A program made the translations under genes and the position numbers. Below the pieces are notes generated by a model, which was not told where the DNA came from, did no database searches, and worked only from the letters and a program-made list of their open reading frames with translations. Of a DNA stretch of 64,000 bases, positions 8,216-17,998 are shown piece after piece. Origin of the DNA: Thermoplasmatota archaeon. GTDB taxonomy: Archaea > Thermoplasmatota > Thermoplasmata > Thermoplasmatales > Thermoplasmataceae. The stretch spans positions 19,079-83,078 of the forward strand of contig JAMDDH010000047.1 of the NCBI GenBank assembly GCA_023488885.1. Direction: 5' to 3'. The stretch's first letter is position 1; each line of letters begins with the position of its first letter.

Positions 8216-9425
8216 GAAGACACCGAAGATCACCAGGGGGCACAACAAGGATCACTGGCCCGACCTGAAGCAGATCCTCATGTCGCTGACAGTGAGTTCC
8301 GACGGTTCAGTTCCCGTACATTACAGGGACTTCGACGGAAACACTCAGGACTCAGCAACACACATCGGGATGTGGGAATGCATCTGCAGGATCACGGGAA
8401 AGCGGGATTTCATATACGTTGCAGACAGCAAGCTCTGCGTTTCCGATACCATGCGCCATATCGACGGCAGAGGAGGAAGGTTCATCACCGTCATGCCTGC
8501 GACGAGAAGGGAGGAGGGATGGTTCCGCGACTACCTGCAGGAGAATAAGGTAAACTGGACCGGAGCAAGGGTTCGCTGTTCTGATGACGAATTCAGGACA
8601 TTCGAATCCCCGCTTCCGTCGGCGGAGGGATACAGGATCATATGGGTGTGGAGCACATGGAAAGCGGAGAAGGATCGGGACGCAAGGGAGAAGGTCATGG
8701 AGAAGGCCGTAAACGCAATCGCCCTGCTGAACAGAAAGCTGTCAGGAAGATCCCGCATAAAGACCCGCGAGGATCTTGCCGGGAAAGCTGACCTCCTCAT
8801 GTCACCGGCGAAGAGGTATCTCTCATACACGATCCATGAGGAGGAGACTGAGATTTTCCGCCAGTCGAAGCGTGGAAGACCCGGCCCGGATACCGTGTAT
8901 GTGAAATCAATGAAGAAACGGTTCCGCATCACCACGGAACCGGTCAGGGAAAACATCACCCGGGATGAGAGGTGCGATGGCATGTTTCCCCTCATAACCA
9001 ACACCTCCCTGACACCGGAGGAGGTGCTGCAGAACTACAAGTACCAGCCAAGGCTGGAGAAGAGAAACGAGCAGATGAAGAGCGTCTATTCCCTCATGCC
9101 CATGCTCTTCAAGCGCATCGACAGGATAGAGGCGTTCCTTTTCATGTTCTTTACAGCAATGCTCATAGAGGCCCTGATAGAAAGATCTGTAAGGCTCTCC
9201 ATGAAATCCATGAAGATAGAAAGTATTCCGATATATCACGAAAGGAAGGAGTGCGAGTCCCCCACAACGGATCGCCTGCTCGCCATATTCGGCAACCTGC
9301 AGTTCCACAGGCTCCTGACCCATGAGAGGGTAATGGAGGTGTTCCAGCCGGAACTCTCCGGAATACAGAAGAAACTCCTGAAGATGATGGATATCGATCC
9401 GGGAAAATATATTCTCCCGGACTGA
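8202..9425 (+). pseudogene. IS1634-family (IS4 superfamily) transposase, C-terminal ~400 aa fragment
   Basis: GHNKDHWPDLKQILMSLTVSSDGSVPVHYRDFDGNTQD matches the SKDHRPDLKQ signature of IS1634 transposases. The N-terminus is replaced by the IS3-like fragment. Confidence 0.7.
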
Positions 9426-9449
9426 AAATTAATTCGGAGTTATTCATTT

Positions 9450-10121
9450 TCAAAAGTGCGGAAAATAAGATTTAAGGGTGTCCGAATCCGATAAAACGTA
9501 GACGTATGCCATTGGCCATTCGTGTACATCAATTTGTTTTAAGCCCAACCGTGTTGTCAGATCAGTTATCTCCTCTTTTGTCCAAAAAACGTATGCTGAA
9601 TCCCCCAAACGCTTTGTGAATCCAATATGTTTGGCATTCTCATTAAGGAAGTATAAAATCATCATCCCCCCTACTGATAAGAAATCTTTTCTCAAGGTCT
9701 CAACATAGTGAGTAACAGCTTCTTTTGGCAACCTTTCAAAAACTCCGTTTTCGTAAATTATGTCAAACTTAGGGAGGCTAGGGAAGCTCTTCCCGTCATA
9801 TCTAAAGAACAATAAATTTTGGATTCCAAATCTTTTGGTCAATATTTTTGCTATTCGGCAATAATACGGATTAATATCTATACCATATCCAAATTTAATG
9901 TGATCTGAAATGGCAATAAGATTTTTTCCGATCCCGGAGCCAAATTCAAGCAGGTTCCTTGATTTGTCAAGATATTTCAACAATGTATTATTTTCTTCTT
10001 TTCCTATTCGGATAAGCTGCCCCTTATTCACATAATATCCGTTTGTAGCAATGACCGCCGTCAAGTAGGTCAAACCGGACATTCTCCATGCGAGATTAGT
10101 TGATAGGAGTCTCTTAATCAA
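9450..10121 (-). CDS. Class I SAM-dependent methyltransferase
   Basis: LLEFGSGIGKNLIAISD (motif I) and a Rossmann-like pattern. The TTG start at 10121 is uncertain. Confidence 0.7.
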   Translation of the reverse strand: MIKRLLSTNLAWRMSGLTYLTAVIATNGYYVNKGQLIRIGKEENNTLLKYLDKSRNLLEFGSGIGKNLIAISDHIKFGYGIDINPYYCRIAKILTKRFGIQNLLFFRYDGKSFPSLPKFDIIYENGVFERLPKEAVTHYVETLRKDFLSVGGMMILYFLNENAKHIGFTKRLGDSAYVFWTKEEITDLTTRLGLKQIDVHEWPMAYVYVLSDSDTLKSYFPHF

Positions 10122-10143
10122 TGCAATCGCAATTATTTAGAAA

Positions 10144-10152
10144 ATATTTAAA
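10144..10152. promoter_or_regulatory. TATA-box-like element ATATTTAAA centred between divergent starts 10121(-) and 10176(+)
   Basis: It is the only strongly A/T-rich box in the 54-bp spacer, 24-32 nt from each start codon. Confidence 0.4.
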
Positions 10153-10175
10153 CATATCTTACATAAGCCAATATA

Positions 10176-11354
10176 TTGTCAAATGAAAGAACCTTCACAA
10201 TCGCGTTTGTGTGCAACATATTGGGTCATGGCAATACCTATGATGAATGGAGCACTTCCTTTGTGATTGCGATGTCAATGATAGAAGCGATTTCTAAGAT
10301 ACATATTATAGTCCCCCCTCCTAAGGAAGGTAAGGTTGCATACAAGCTTCCAGAAAAATGCATTATACATGGTATTTTAGACTACGACCACCCCATAAAC
10401 ATGATTAAAGCTGTGAATTTGATTTATGAACTTGAATGTGACTCTGTAATTGTTGTATCAGGTCCAACGGCTTTCGGTAACGGGATCGTTTCAAATCTCA
10501 TCGGCCTCTTGCTACCCCTGTTGATTCAGAGAAAAATTGGAAAGGAAGTAAAAATAATCAATCAGGGTAGTGCTTACACACATAATGTCGGTTCATTGGG
10601 GTACTCGGGAATTGTAAATTCAATGAAACTTCTTGTTGTAAGGTCTATTGAGAAATTTATCTTCAAACGCCTAAAGACGTATTTTCAGTTAGGATATTAC
10701 TGCAATATTGTTGAAGCCAAACTCGGAAAAAACTATGTTGGTGGATTGCTGGTTAGTGATTATATTGACGCATTGGCTACTCTTTATTTAAATAATATGG
10801 ACAACAGTATTGAATTGAAAAGATATTCATCCAGTGATCATATTAGAATATTACTGCACGGATTCTGGGGGCCCCAGAAAGACCCGGAAACGGCACTTGA
10901 ATCTGTACAGAACATCAAGTTAAGATATCCCGAAATACACCTTACCATTAGCGGCGGCATTAACAATCACTTTCCTGGCTACCTGGAATATTTTAAAAGC
11001 CTGTTGAAAAAGTATGAAAGCATCATCGATGCTTATCTTGGATATGTTGACGAGAAGGAGCTGGCAAAGCTATTCCTTGAAAATCACATTGTGCTAATGC
11101 CTTATCGAGCCTCAGGCGGTCAATCCGGCGTGCTTGAGATGGCATCATTTTTCGAGAACGTTGTTGTTTGTTCAGACTTCCCGGAATTCAGGGAAGAGAA
11201 AAAAAGCGATCTTGTTGTTCTCACTGATCTCATGAACTTTGAGCCATCCCTATTGAGAGCATTTGAAATGGTCGACGAAATACCCAATATAATACATGTT
11301 CAGAATAAAATAGAGACTGTGATTAAAAATATAAAGAATTTTCTAGCTGATTAA
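10176..11354 (+). CDS. Glycosyltransferase, GT-B/GT4-like
   Basis: LLHGFWGPQKDPETAL...PEIHLTISGG and LMPYRASGGQSGVLEMA (C-terminal GT-B domain pattern); TTG start. Confidence 0.65.
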   Translation: MSNERTFTIAFVCNILGHGNTYDEWSTSFVIAMSMIEAISKIHIIVPPPKEGKVAYKLPEKCIIHGILDYDHPINMIKAVNLIYELECDSVIVVSGPTAFGNGIVSNLIGLLLPLLIQRKIGKEVKIINQGSAYTHNVGSLGYSGIVNSMKLLVVRSIEKFIFKRLKTYFQLGYYCNIVEAKLGKNYVGGLLVSDYIDALATLYLNNMDNSIELKRYSSSDHIRILLHGFWGPQKDPETALESVQNIKLRYPEIHLTISGGINNHFPGYLEYFKSLLKKYESIIDAYLGYVDEKELAKLFLENHIVLMPYRASGGQSGVLEMASFFENVVVCSDFPEFREEKKSDLVVLTDLMNFEPSLLRAFEMVDEIPNIIHVQNKIETVIKNIKNFLAD

Positions 11355-11373
11355 AGGATTACTGAAGACACGA

Positions 11374-12876
11374 TTATGTTCCCGAATTTCCCATTAGGAC
11401 TGTAGATATCCTTTGAAGCAAGGAATGCGGTCCAGTCGCAATTGACCTCACCAGTCTTCTGGCCTCCCCCGAGAAAGGTCTGTTCACAATTGATAGAGAA
11501 ATGTACACAACAATTCCTGTAGCAACTGGAATAAGAAGACCAGACACCCCGGTACTGAATATATTTCCAACAAGGAAAACTGTGGCTGCCATTATAATGG
11601 CATTTACCCACATTTTAATATATGGGAAAAGAAAGAGACCGTGATTCAATAGTGTGTTGACCGCAACCATACGCGGTATAGTGCTGACAGCCCAAGCAGA
11701 TACGCTGGCAATAACAGCACCATAAATACCGAATAACGGTATCAATGTCAGAGACAGAATAAGATTCGTCGCCAATGCACCCACTCCCGAATATAGGTAT
11801 GCTCTGGTTTTCCGATTTCCAAGAAGGATTGAGGAAAGCATTGGTCTAAATGAAAAAAAGGAGTAGGAGAAAACCATGATCTGCAGAACCAGGTAATGGC
11901 TGGCATAAACTCCTCCAACGAGGATTTCAAGGAGGGGTCGTGACAGGATAGTTGCTCCCAGTGAGGCAGGGAGGGCAAAGTAATAGAAAACTTCCAACGA
12001 TCCCTGGGTGTATTCTTTTGCTTCGGAATGATTTGAGGAAGCGAATGCCTGTGAAATCTTGGGAAACAGAAAAAACGAAAAGGGGGACGTTATTGCTGTA
12101 ACTATTGTGGCAATGGTAAGGGAGTAAGTGTATACAGCGGATAAAGTAAGATTTGTGAGGGCGGGGAGTATCACCCTGTCAATGGTGCCCATCAGGGAAG
12201 AGGTTAGGCTTCCGAAATAAACAGGTATAACATACGCAAAGAATTTTGTGTTAAATCCTTTCTCTATTGGCATATTTGGAAGCTTCCTTCCAACCACAAA
12301 AGAAATGGAAAAAATGAATGATATCCCGGCACCCATTACAAAACCAGCAGATATAATTTCGACCGGAAGCCTGAAAATGCTCATTCCAACTGGAATACCC
12401 ACTGAAAGAACTGAATACAGCATGCTGGAAACAGCTGCCAACCTGAAGGACTGAATACCCTGAAGTATCGACACCATGTAACTGAGGCCGATGGACTCCG
12501 AAACATATCCTCCCATGAGAACGACTACGTTTGTGTAACTTGATGAGTGAAAGAACACTGACGCAATCTCATGCGAAACTGATGCTATTACCGCAAAGCT
12601 GACCACCGTGATAATCGCAGTTATTGCCATAAAAAATCTTGGAAGTGAATATTTTCCCGTTTTACCTATGAAATATGATATGAAATGTGCGAATCCTGTG
12701 TCAAGATTCAAGGCAAAGGCTGTCATGAAAATCCCACCGAAGCTCAGGAAAAGGGTAATTGCGCCTACCTCAACAGCAGGAAGTGTTCTTGCAATAACAA
12801 GATAGAAAACAATACTGCTCAAAGTCTGTAAGAAGAAGGATAGAGAAACAACAGAAACACTCCGAATTGAACTCAT
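11374..12876 (-). CDS. Polysaccharide/oligosaccharide flippase (MOP superfamily, Wzx-like)
   Basis: A 500-aa protein made almost entirely of hydrophobic helices (~12-14 TM), located in a glycan cluster. Confidence 0.7.
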   Translation of the reverse strand: MSSIRSVSVVSLSFFLQTLSSIVFYLVIARTLPAVEVGAITLFLSFGGIFMTAFALNLDTGFAHFISYFIGKTGKYSLPRFFMAITAIITVVSFAVIASVSHEIASVFFHSSSYTNVVVLMGGYVSESIGLSYMVSILQGIQSFRLAAVSSMLYSVLSVGIPVGMSIFRLPVEIISAGFVMGAGISFIFSISFVVGRKLPNMPIEKGFNTKFFAYVIPVYFGSLTSSLMGTIDRVILPALTNLTLSAVYTYSLTIATIVTAITSPFSFFLFPKISQAFASSNHSEAKEYTQGSLEVFYYFALPASLGATILSRPLLEILVGGVYASHYLVLQIMVFSYSFFSFRPMLSSILLGNRKTRAYLYSGVGALATNLILSLTLIPLFGIYGAVIASVSAWAVSTIPRMVAVNTLLNHGLFLFPYIKMWVNAIIMAATVFLVGNIFSTGVSGLLIPVATGIVVYISLSIVNRPFSGEARRLVRSIATGPHSLLQRISTVLMGNSGT

Positions 12877-12883
12877 GAAAGGT

Positions 12884-14011
12884 TCACTGCTGTTTTACCT
12901 TTCTGATCAACAAGTTGAATATCTCGGAAATTGTCCTTATATCATCTTCATTGAATTTACTGGAGACAGGTAGGCTCAGGCCGTGGTATGATACATAGTA
13001 GGAATTCGGAAATGCTTTTTCACTCACATAAGGCGGCATCTCATTCAAAGGATAAAACACCGGTCTTGATTCCACTCCTTCCTTGGCCAGCAAGGACATT
13101 ACTGAATCCCTTGGTCCCTCCCAAAAAGAACTGTCTAGAATGAAAGTTGGAAGCCAGTAAACATTCGAGGCCCAAGGCATCTCTGGTTGCAATTCTGCAA
13201 CATTATCGATATATTCAGAATATTTTTTGGCTATCCATCTGCGCTTCTCTATTTTTTCCCTAATGGATTCAAGTTGAGCAAGGCCAATTGCAGCCTGGAT
13301 ATTTGTCATCCTATAGTTATAGCCTACATCCTCATGCCAGTACCTCCTTGACGGGAGCATTCCATGATCCCTCAGGATTCGGATTCTTTCAGCAAGATCA
13401 TAATCATTGGTGATAACCATGCCACCTTCCCCTGTTGTTATAATTTTATTGCCGTAAAATGAGAAGCAGCCAACATCCCCAATTGACCCGACCATCTTGC
13501 CCTTATAGGTTGCACCATGAGCTTCAGCACAATCCTCTATTACCTTTAAACCATGTTCCCTGGCAATCTCCTTAATCTGATCCATGTCTGCCGGGTGACC
13601 ATAGAGATGCACAACAATTATTGCCTTGGTTCTTTCGGTAATGCTCTCCCTGACCCTCTCCGGATCTATGCACCAGTATTTTCGGTCAATGTCAGCAAGA
13701 ACAGGCTTTCCTTTCTCGTACAATACTGCATTTGCAGGTGAAGCGAATGTTAGGTCCGGAACAATAACCTCATCTCCGTCTCCAATGCCTAATGCCCTTA
13801 CCGCCAGATGCAATGCCGTCGTACCGTTGGAACAACTTACTGAATACTTAGTTCCTGCAAACTTGGCAAAAGCTTCCTCAAATCTGCTTATGAACAAACC
13901 TTTGGAACTTATCCACCCAGAATCGAAAGCCTCATTCATGTAAGTCCTTTCATGGCTGCCTATGTCAGGCTCAGCCATATGATAACGAAAGTTATCTGCC
14001 ATTTCCACCAT
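12884..14011 (-). CDS. DegT/DnrJ/EryC1-family PLP-dependent sugar aminotransferase (GDP-perosamine synthase-like)
   Basis: SCSNGTTALHLA and FSFYGNKIITTGEGG with the Schiff-base Lys retained. It overlaps the adjacent gmd gene by 20 nt. Confidence 0.8.
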   Translation of the reverse strand: MVEMADNFRYHMAEPDIGSHERTYMNEAFDSGWISSKGLFISRFEEAFAKFAGTKYSVSCSNGTTALHLAVRALGIGDGDEVIVPDLTFASPANAVLYEKGKPVLADIDRKYWCIDPERVRESITERTKAIIVVHLYGHPADMDQIKEIAREHGLKVIEDCAEAHGATYKGKMVGSIGDVGCFSFYGNKIITTGEGGMVITNDYDLAERIRILRDHGMLPSRRYWHEDVGYNYRMTNIQAAIGLAQLESIREKIEKRRWIAKKYSEYIDNVAELQPEMPWASNVYWLPTFILDSSFWEGPRDSVMSLLAKEGVESRPVFYPLNEMPPYVSEKAFPNSYYVSYHGLSLPVSSKFNEDDIRTISEIFNLLIRKVKQQ

Positions 14012-15071
14012 TCCTCACTATGACTCCCCGCTCACTCGGATAATTTGGAGCATCCCAGGGGAAAGTTCTGCCACTTAAAAGCATCCTCCACCTTTCTATC
14101 TCTTCGTCTACCATTAATTCAACCAGTTCCTTGAATTTAACTTTCGGGCTCCATCCGCAGGCTTCTTGAATTTTGGAATAATCCCCTCTCAGCGATGGGA
14201 GATCCAATGGTCTCATAAGTTCTTTATCGATAGCCAGATAGTCCTCATAATCGAAACCCACATGATTGCAGGCGCTCTCTAGGAATTCCCTGACGGAATG
14301 AGTTTCGCCCGTTGCCACGACATAGTCATCCGGCATATCCTGCTGTAAAATCTTCCACATAGCTTCCACGTATTCAGGTGCATATCCCCAGTCTCTTTGG
14401 GCTTCAAGATTTCCAAGAACAATTTTATCTGATAGACCAAGTTTAATCTTAGCCACTGATGTAGCAATCTTTCTCGTGACGAATTCTAGACCCCTCAGTG
14501 GTGACTCGTGGTTGAATAATATTCCATTTGCAGCGAATATCCCATATCCATCTCTATAGATTCTAGTGATCCAATACCCGTAAAGCTTTGCGACCGCATA
14601 GGGGCTCATTGGTTTGAATGCATCATTTTCTGTTAGCGCTTTTCCCTTTGGAATGCCAGAAAACCCATAAAGCTCACTGGTTCCCGCGAAATAAAATTTT
14701 GCATCAGGCTTAATATGTTTCATATTTTCAAGTATTGCAACCACTGATAAACCAGTAATCTCTCCCGTGGAATGTGGGGTCTGGAAACTTGATTCAACAA
14801 AGGATTGGGCTGCAAGATGATAAACCTCATCTGGAAGGGATATATATAAAGCATTCTGCATCGATGATTGATCTGTCATGTCGGTAGGAATTAACTTGAC
14901 TTTATGGAATATATCAAGATACTGCAACCTCCAGAAATTAGGTGAACTTATCCTCCTGTATGTGCCATAAACTTCATAACCCTTCCCAAGCAAAAATTTA
15001 GCCAGATAAGCTCCATCCTGACCTGTGATACCCGTTATTAGAGCTTTTCGCATTTTTGTAACATAGGACAA
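13992..15071 (-). CDS. gmd: GDP-mannose 4,6-dehydratase
   Basis: KALITGITGQDGAYLAKFLLGKGYEVYG, YAVAKLYGYW and ILFNHESPLRG. Confidence 0.9.
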   Translation of the reverse strand: MSYVTKMRKALITGITGQDGAYLAKFLLGKGYEVYGTYRRISSPNFWRLQYLDIFHKVKLIPTDMTDQSSMQNALYISLPDEVYHLAAQSFVESSFQTPHSTGEITGLSVVAILENMKHIKPDAKFYFAGTSELYGFSGIPKGKALTENDAFKPMSPYAVAKLYGYWITRIYRDGYGIFAANGILFNHESPLRGLEFVTRKIATSVAKIKLGLSDKIVLGNLEAQRDWGYAPEYVEAMWKILQQDMPDDYVVATGETHSVREFLESACNHVGFDYEDYLAIDKELMRPLDLPSLRGDYSKIQEACGWSPKVKFKELVELMVDEEIERWRMLLSGRTFPWDAPNYPSERGVIVRNGGNGR

Positions 15072-15230
15072 GAATATAAAAATTCTCTCTCAATGCGGCT
15101 CCTCAAAACTTCTCCTGAAGTTCATCAAGTACTTTAACTCCTCGTTTTTTTTAGGTAATACTTCTTTTCTGATTGTTAACTGCCCGTATTCTTGTTTTTC
15201 CGACAGCAATAGAATTTAAAAATCTTAAAC

Positions 15231-15569
15231 TTGGAGTTTATTCAGGGATCAATTGAACTATTTTTCCGTAATAACCGCAAGATCCTCATACATCCATGTG
15301 TCCCCTATATACTGAACATTACAAGGGAGATCAAGACAATCAACGGGAAACAGTACGCATACGAGGTATCAATGGTCTGGGACCCCGATCACAGGAAGAG
15401 GCACAAGACCTCCAGGTACCTTGGAAAGATCGTGGACGGAAAAACGGCAAGGGTCAGGGAGATCGTAGCGGTGAAGGGAGTGTACGAGATCGGTCACCTG
15501 GAACTGGCATGGTCCCTGATGTCCGATGTGATCGGAACCCTGAGGAAAACGTTCCCGGGCGATCAGTGA
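15231..15569 (+). pseudogene. IS1634-like transposase, N-terminal fragment
   Basis: IKTINGKQYAYEVSMVWDPDHRKRHKTSRYLGKIV matches the N-terminal pattern of IS1634-type transposases. The ORF stops after 112 aa and no DDE part follows. Confidence 0.5.
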
Positions 15570-15821
15570 ATGAGTAACCTCAAGTAGACGAGGGGCGGAA
15601 AAGCGGGGAAACATACGAAACGACAAACGATTTCAGTTTAATTTAAAGTGTTACCCGAGGCGAGGAGTACTCCATGGTTAAGGCGAGAAGTGTGTCCACA
15701 ATCTCCTAAGAATTATTGGTATTTCACTAAAGCTGATAACACAAAACCCAGGAAACATAGGGATTCACTCCGGAATACAAACCCAGATTAGGTACAAAGC
15801 AGATGTCCCGCAGTATTGATT

Positions 15822-16622
15822 CTAAATCCACCTGAATTTTCTGTAGTATAGTTCTACGAATTTCTTGGGAACAAATCGATAGAAGCGTGAATTCCTTATA
15901 CGAAAAGCTAGGAGCGATATCCCCTGCCCGATTATTTCCGAAAATAGATTAAATTTACTTTCAGCATCGTGACTGTAATTGATCGGGAACTCAACACATT
16001 TAGCCCCGGATTTTCTCAGATAGTAAAGTAATGCCACATCAAAGAATGTGTTTGTCACGGATACTTTTCCAAATGCCTTTTTTGCATATTCTGTTTTAAT
16101 GATTTTATAACCGCACTGGGTATCATTTACATTTACGCCAAGTAATGATCTAACCAGTACATTGAAACCCCGGCTTGCAAATCTTCTCATAAATGGTATT
16201 TCATTTTCCCTGTTTGTGTATCTGTCAAATATAACGGCATCATATTTGTCCATAAGGTGAATGTGGCTCACCAAGTCGACGAGATTCATGCTTCCGTCCG
16301 CATCCATGAGGATTACAAAATTTCCATTGACAGTGTTTATGGCTTGTTTTATGGCATTGCCCTTACCGCCCCTACCATGGTTTTTAACTGTGGAAATAAA
16401 TGGGTACTTTTCCGACAGTTCTTCAACAAGATTCAAAGTACCATCATTACCATCTATTGAAACAATAATATTCCATGAAAAGCCATTTTTCTGTATAAAG
16501 GAGGCAAGTTCATTGAGAACTGGTTTTATCCTGTTTTCTTCATTGTATGCAGGTATGATGATGGAAATCCTCCCGGAAGTGTATTCTGGAATACTTTGAA
16601 CCGAAGTAACTGTGGATAGCAA
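15822..16622 (-). CDS. Glycosyltransferase family 2 (dolichyl-phosphate sugar synthase-like)
   Basis: ISIIIPAYNEENRI, ILMDADGS (DxD) and QCGYK. Confidence 0.8.
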   Translation of the reverse strand: MLSTVTSVQSIPEYTSGRISIIIPAYNEENRIKPVLNELASFIQKNGFSWNIIVSIDGNDGTLNLVEELSEKYPFISTVKNHGRGGKGNAIKQAINTVNGNFVILMDADGSMNLVDLVSHIHLMDKYDAVIFDRYTNRENEIPFMRRFASRGFNVLVRSLLGVNVNDTQCGYKIIKTEYAKKAFGKVSVTNTFFDVALLYYLRKSGAKCVEFPINYSHDAESKFNLFSEIIGQGISLLAFRIRNSRFYRFVPKKFVELYYRKFRWI

Positions 16623-16732
16623 TGCACACTGAACCGCGATAATATATAAAATCCTTTTTATAATCCGCAGATGCTCTGCGAGTATGACATTAGGCGGACA
16701 ACTTGTTTAGTATCGGACATTAGTATCTATAG

Positions 16733-17230
16733 CTACGGACATAAATAGTTGACTATCTTCAGGCGGAACCTCTTTTTTCTGAAATAGTTTGATATCATTT
16801 TCTTCATTCGTCTGAAGCTTTCTGGTACGCCTGAATCCAGCAGATTAGCTTTTGCCTGGTTCCAGCACTCCTCCGCCGGATTAAGCTCCGGGGAACACCT
16901 GGGGAATCTTACCGGCATGATTGTCTTCCTGTTCTTCTCAAGGAATTTCTCCACATCGCCTGAGGTGTGCCATGGTGCACCGTCATAGAACAGCACGAAT
17001 CTCCCGTATTCCCTCTTCAGCGTGTTCAGGTAGCTTATGAAGATGCCCGAATCCATCCTGTCATAAGATCTGAACAGCGTGGAACCATCCAGTGCAACGG
17101 AACCGAACTCGAAGACCTTCCTGTGCGATCCGGTGGTGACAATCCGGGGCTTGCTGCCTTTCTTCGCCCATACCTTCCTGACAACGCTGTCGTAAACAAA
17201 GACGGATTCATCCATGCATATTGCAGTCAT
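16733..17230 (-). CDS. IS630-family transposase, DDE catalytic part
   Basis: CMDESVF, FYDGAPWHTS and RFPRCSPELNPAEECWNQAK. Confidence 0.8.
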   Translation of the reverse strand: MTAICMDESVFVYDSVVRKVWAKKGSKPRIVTTGSHRKVFEFGSVALDGSTLFRSYDRMDSGIFISYLNTLKREYGRFVLFYDGAPWHTSGDVEKFLEKNRKTIMPVRFPRCSPELNPAEECWNQAKANLLDSGVPESFRRMKKMISNYFRKKRFRLKIVNYLCP

Positions 17231-17715
17231 TCCTCTTTTGAGAGAACCCAGTATCTTTGCGGCTTTTTTTTAAATTGATCAACCTCCTCATCGGAGGCGG
17301 AGTCCTTATGCTTCTTCCTGGGCGTTATCAGAGCGTATCCCCATTCCTGTGCCATCCTCCTGATGTGCCTTCTGGTATATCTGACACCGGATTTCTCCTC
17401 AATTATCTTCGATATCTCCGTGGTCTTCCAGTGATCCCTGCCGGATAATTCTGTGCGGATTTCTTCCTCTGTGCTGCTGTCAATTGATCCGGGCCTTCCC
17501 GATCTCCCTAGGGTCTTAAGACCGTCAATTCCACCACTTTCAAACCTCTTCTTCCAGTATACCACCTTTGAGTGGGGACAGAATAATAAATCCCCTATCT
17601 CGTAGGTGGATTTACCGGATTTGAGCCAGATAATCATCAGGATCCGTTCCCTGATGTCAGCATCCTTTTCCATTCCATACTGTTTTTTGAGTTCTTCGAT
17701 GCCCATATTTTCCAT
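17227..17715 (-). CDS. IS630-family transposase, N-terminal HTH part
   Basis: ILMIIWLKSGKSTYEIGDLLFCPHSKVVYWKKRFESGGIDGL (paired HTH). Confidence 0.8.
   Translation of the reverse strand: MENMGIEELKKQYGMEKDADIRERILMIIWLKSGKSTYEIGDLLFCPHSKVVYWKKRFESGGIDGLKTLGRSGRPGSIDSSTEEEIRTELSGRDHWKTTEISKIIEEKSGVRYTRRHIRRMAQEWGYALITPRKKHKDSASDEEVDQFKKKPQRYWVLSKEE
17264..17271 (-). promoter_or_regulatory. Candidate -1 frameshift slippery run (TTT AAA AAA AAG) joining the two IS630 ORFs
   Basis: The -1 frame from the A-run reads ..KKKAAKILGSLKRGMTAICMDES.. without a stop. Confidence 0.55.
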
Positions 17716-17998
17716 GAGAATGCATATAAATGTTTAGTATATAAAATGTAGTCAATGACTAATGTCCCTTGCTATAATTATCATTATAGTGCCCGTCATA
17801 ACCAATTGTCCTATTAGTTAACAAATACCTCAATCCAGCTCTTGCATAATGATTTGGCCTCTCAAAGCAAAAAAACGTTCTGTGAAAATTGGGTAGAGGG
17901 GTTTTTCAACTAATAGGGATACATTATTATGTCTAACAGTACATTTGTCAACCGTGCAGGAAATCGTGGTACGGAACTCGCCTTCACAAGAACACAAT

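Larger units (their letters stand above)
16700..17770 (-). mobile_element. IS630/Tc1-mariner family insertion sequence (ends approximate)
   Basis: Two overlapping ORFs in a 0/-1 frame relationship with an A8 slippery run. The short inverted core GGACATTAGT (16714..) / ACTAATGTCC (17759..) suggests the termini. Confidence 0.7.

Noticed and set aside
8039-8548. The 169-aa ORF as a genuine gene
   Set aside because: Only the first ~57 aa resemble IS3 OrfA. The rest is an out-of-frame read-through of the IS1634 transposase fragment, with Arg/His/Gly-rich nonsense composition.
16704-17740. The 10-bp direct repeat TGTTTAGTAT (16704..16713 and 17731..17740) as the target duplication of IS630
   Set aside because: IS630/Tc1 elements duplicate only TA. 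The right copy lies inside the sequence between the transposase start and the candidate inverted repeat, and no inverted repeats adjoin the two copies. It is more likely coincidental or subterminal.
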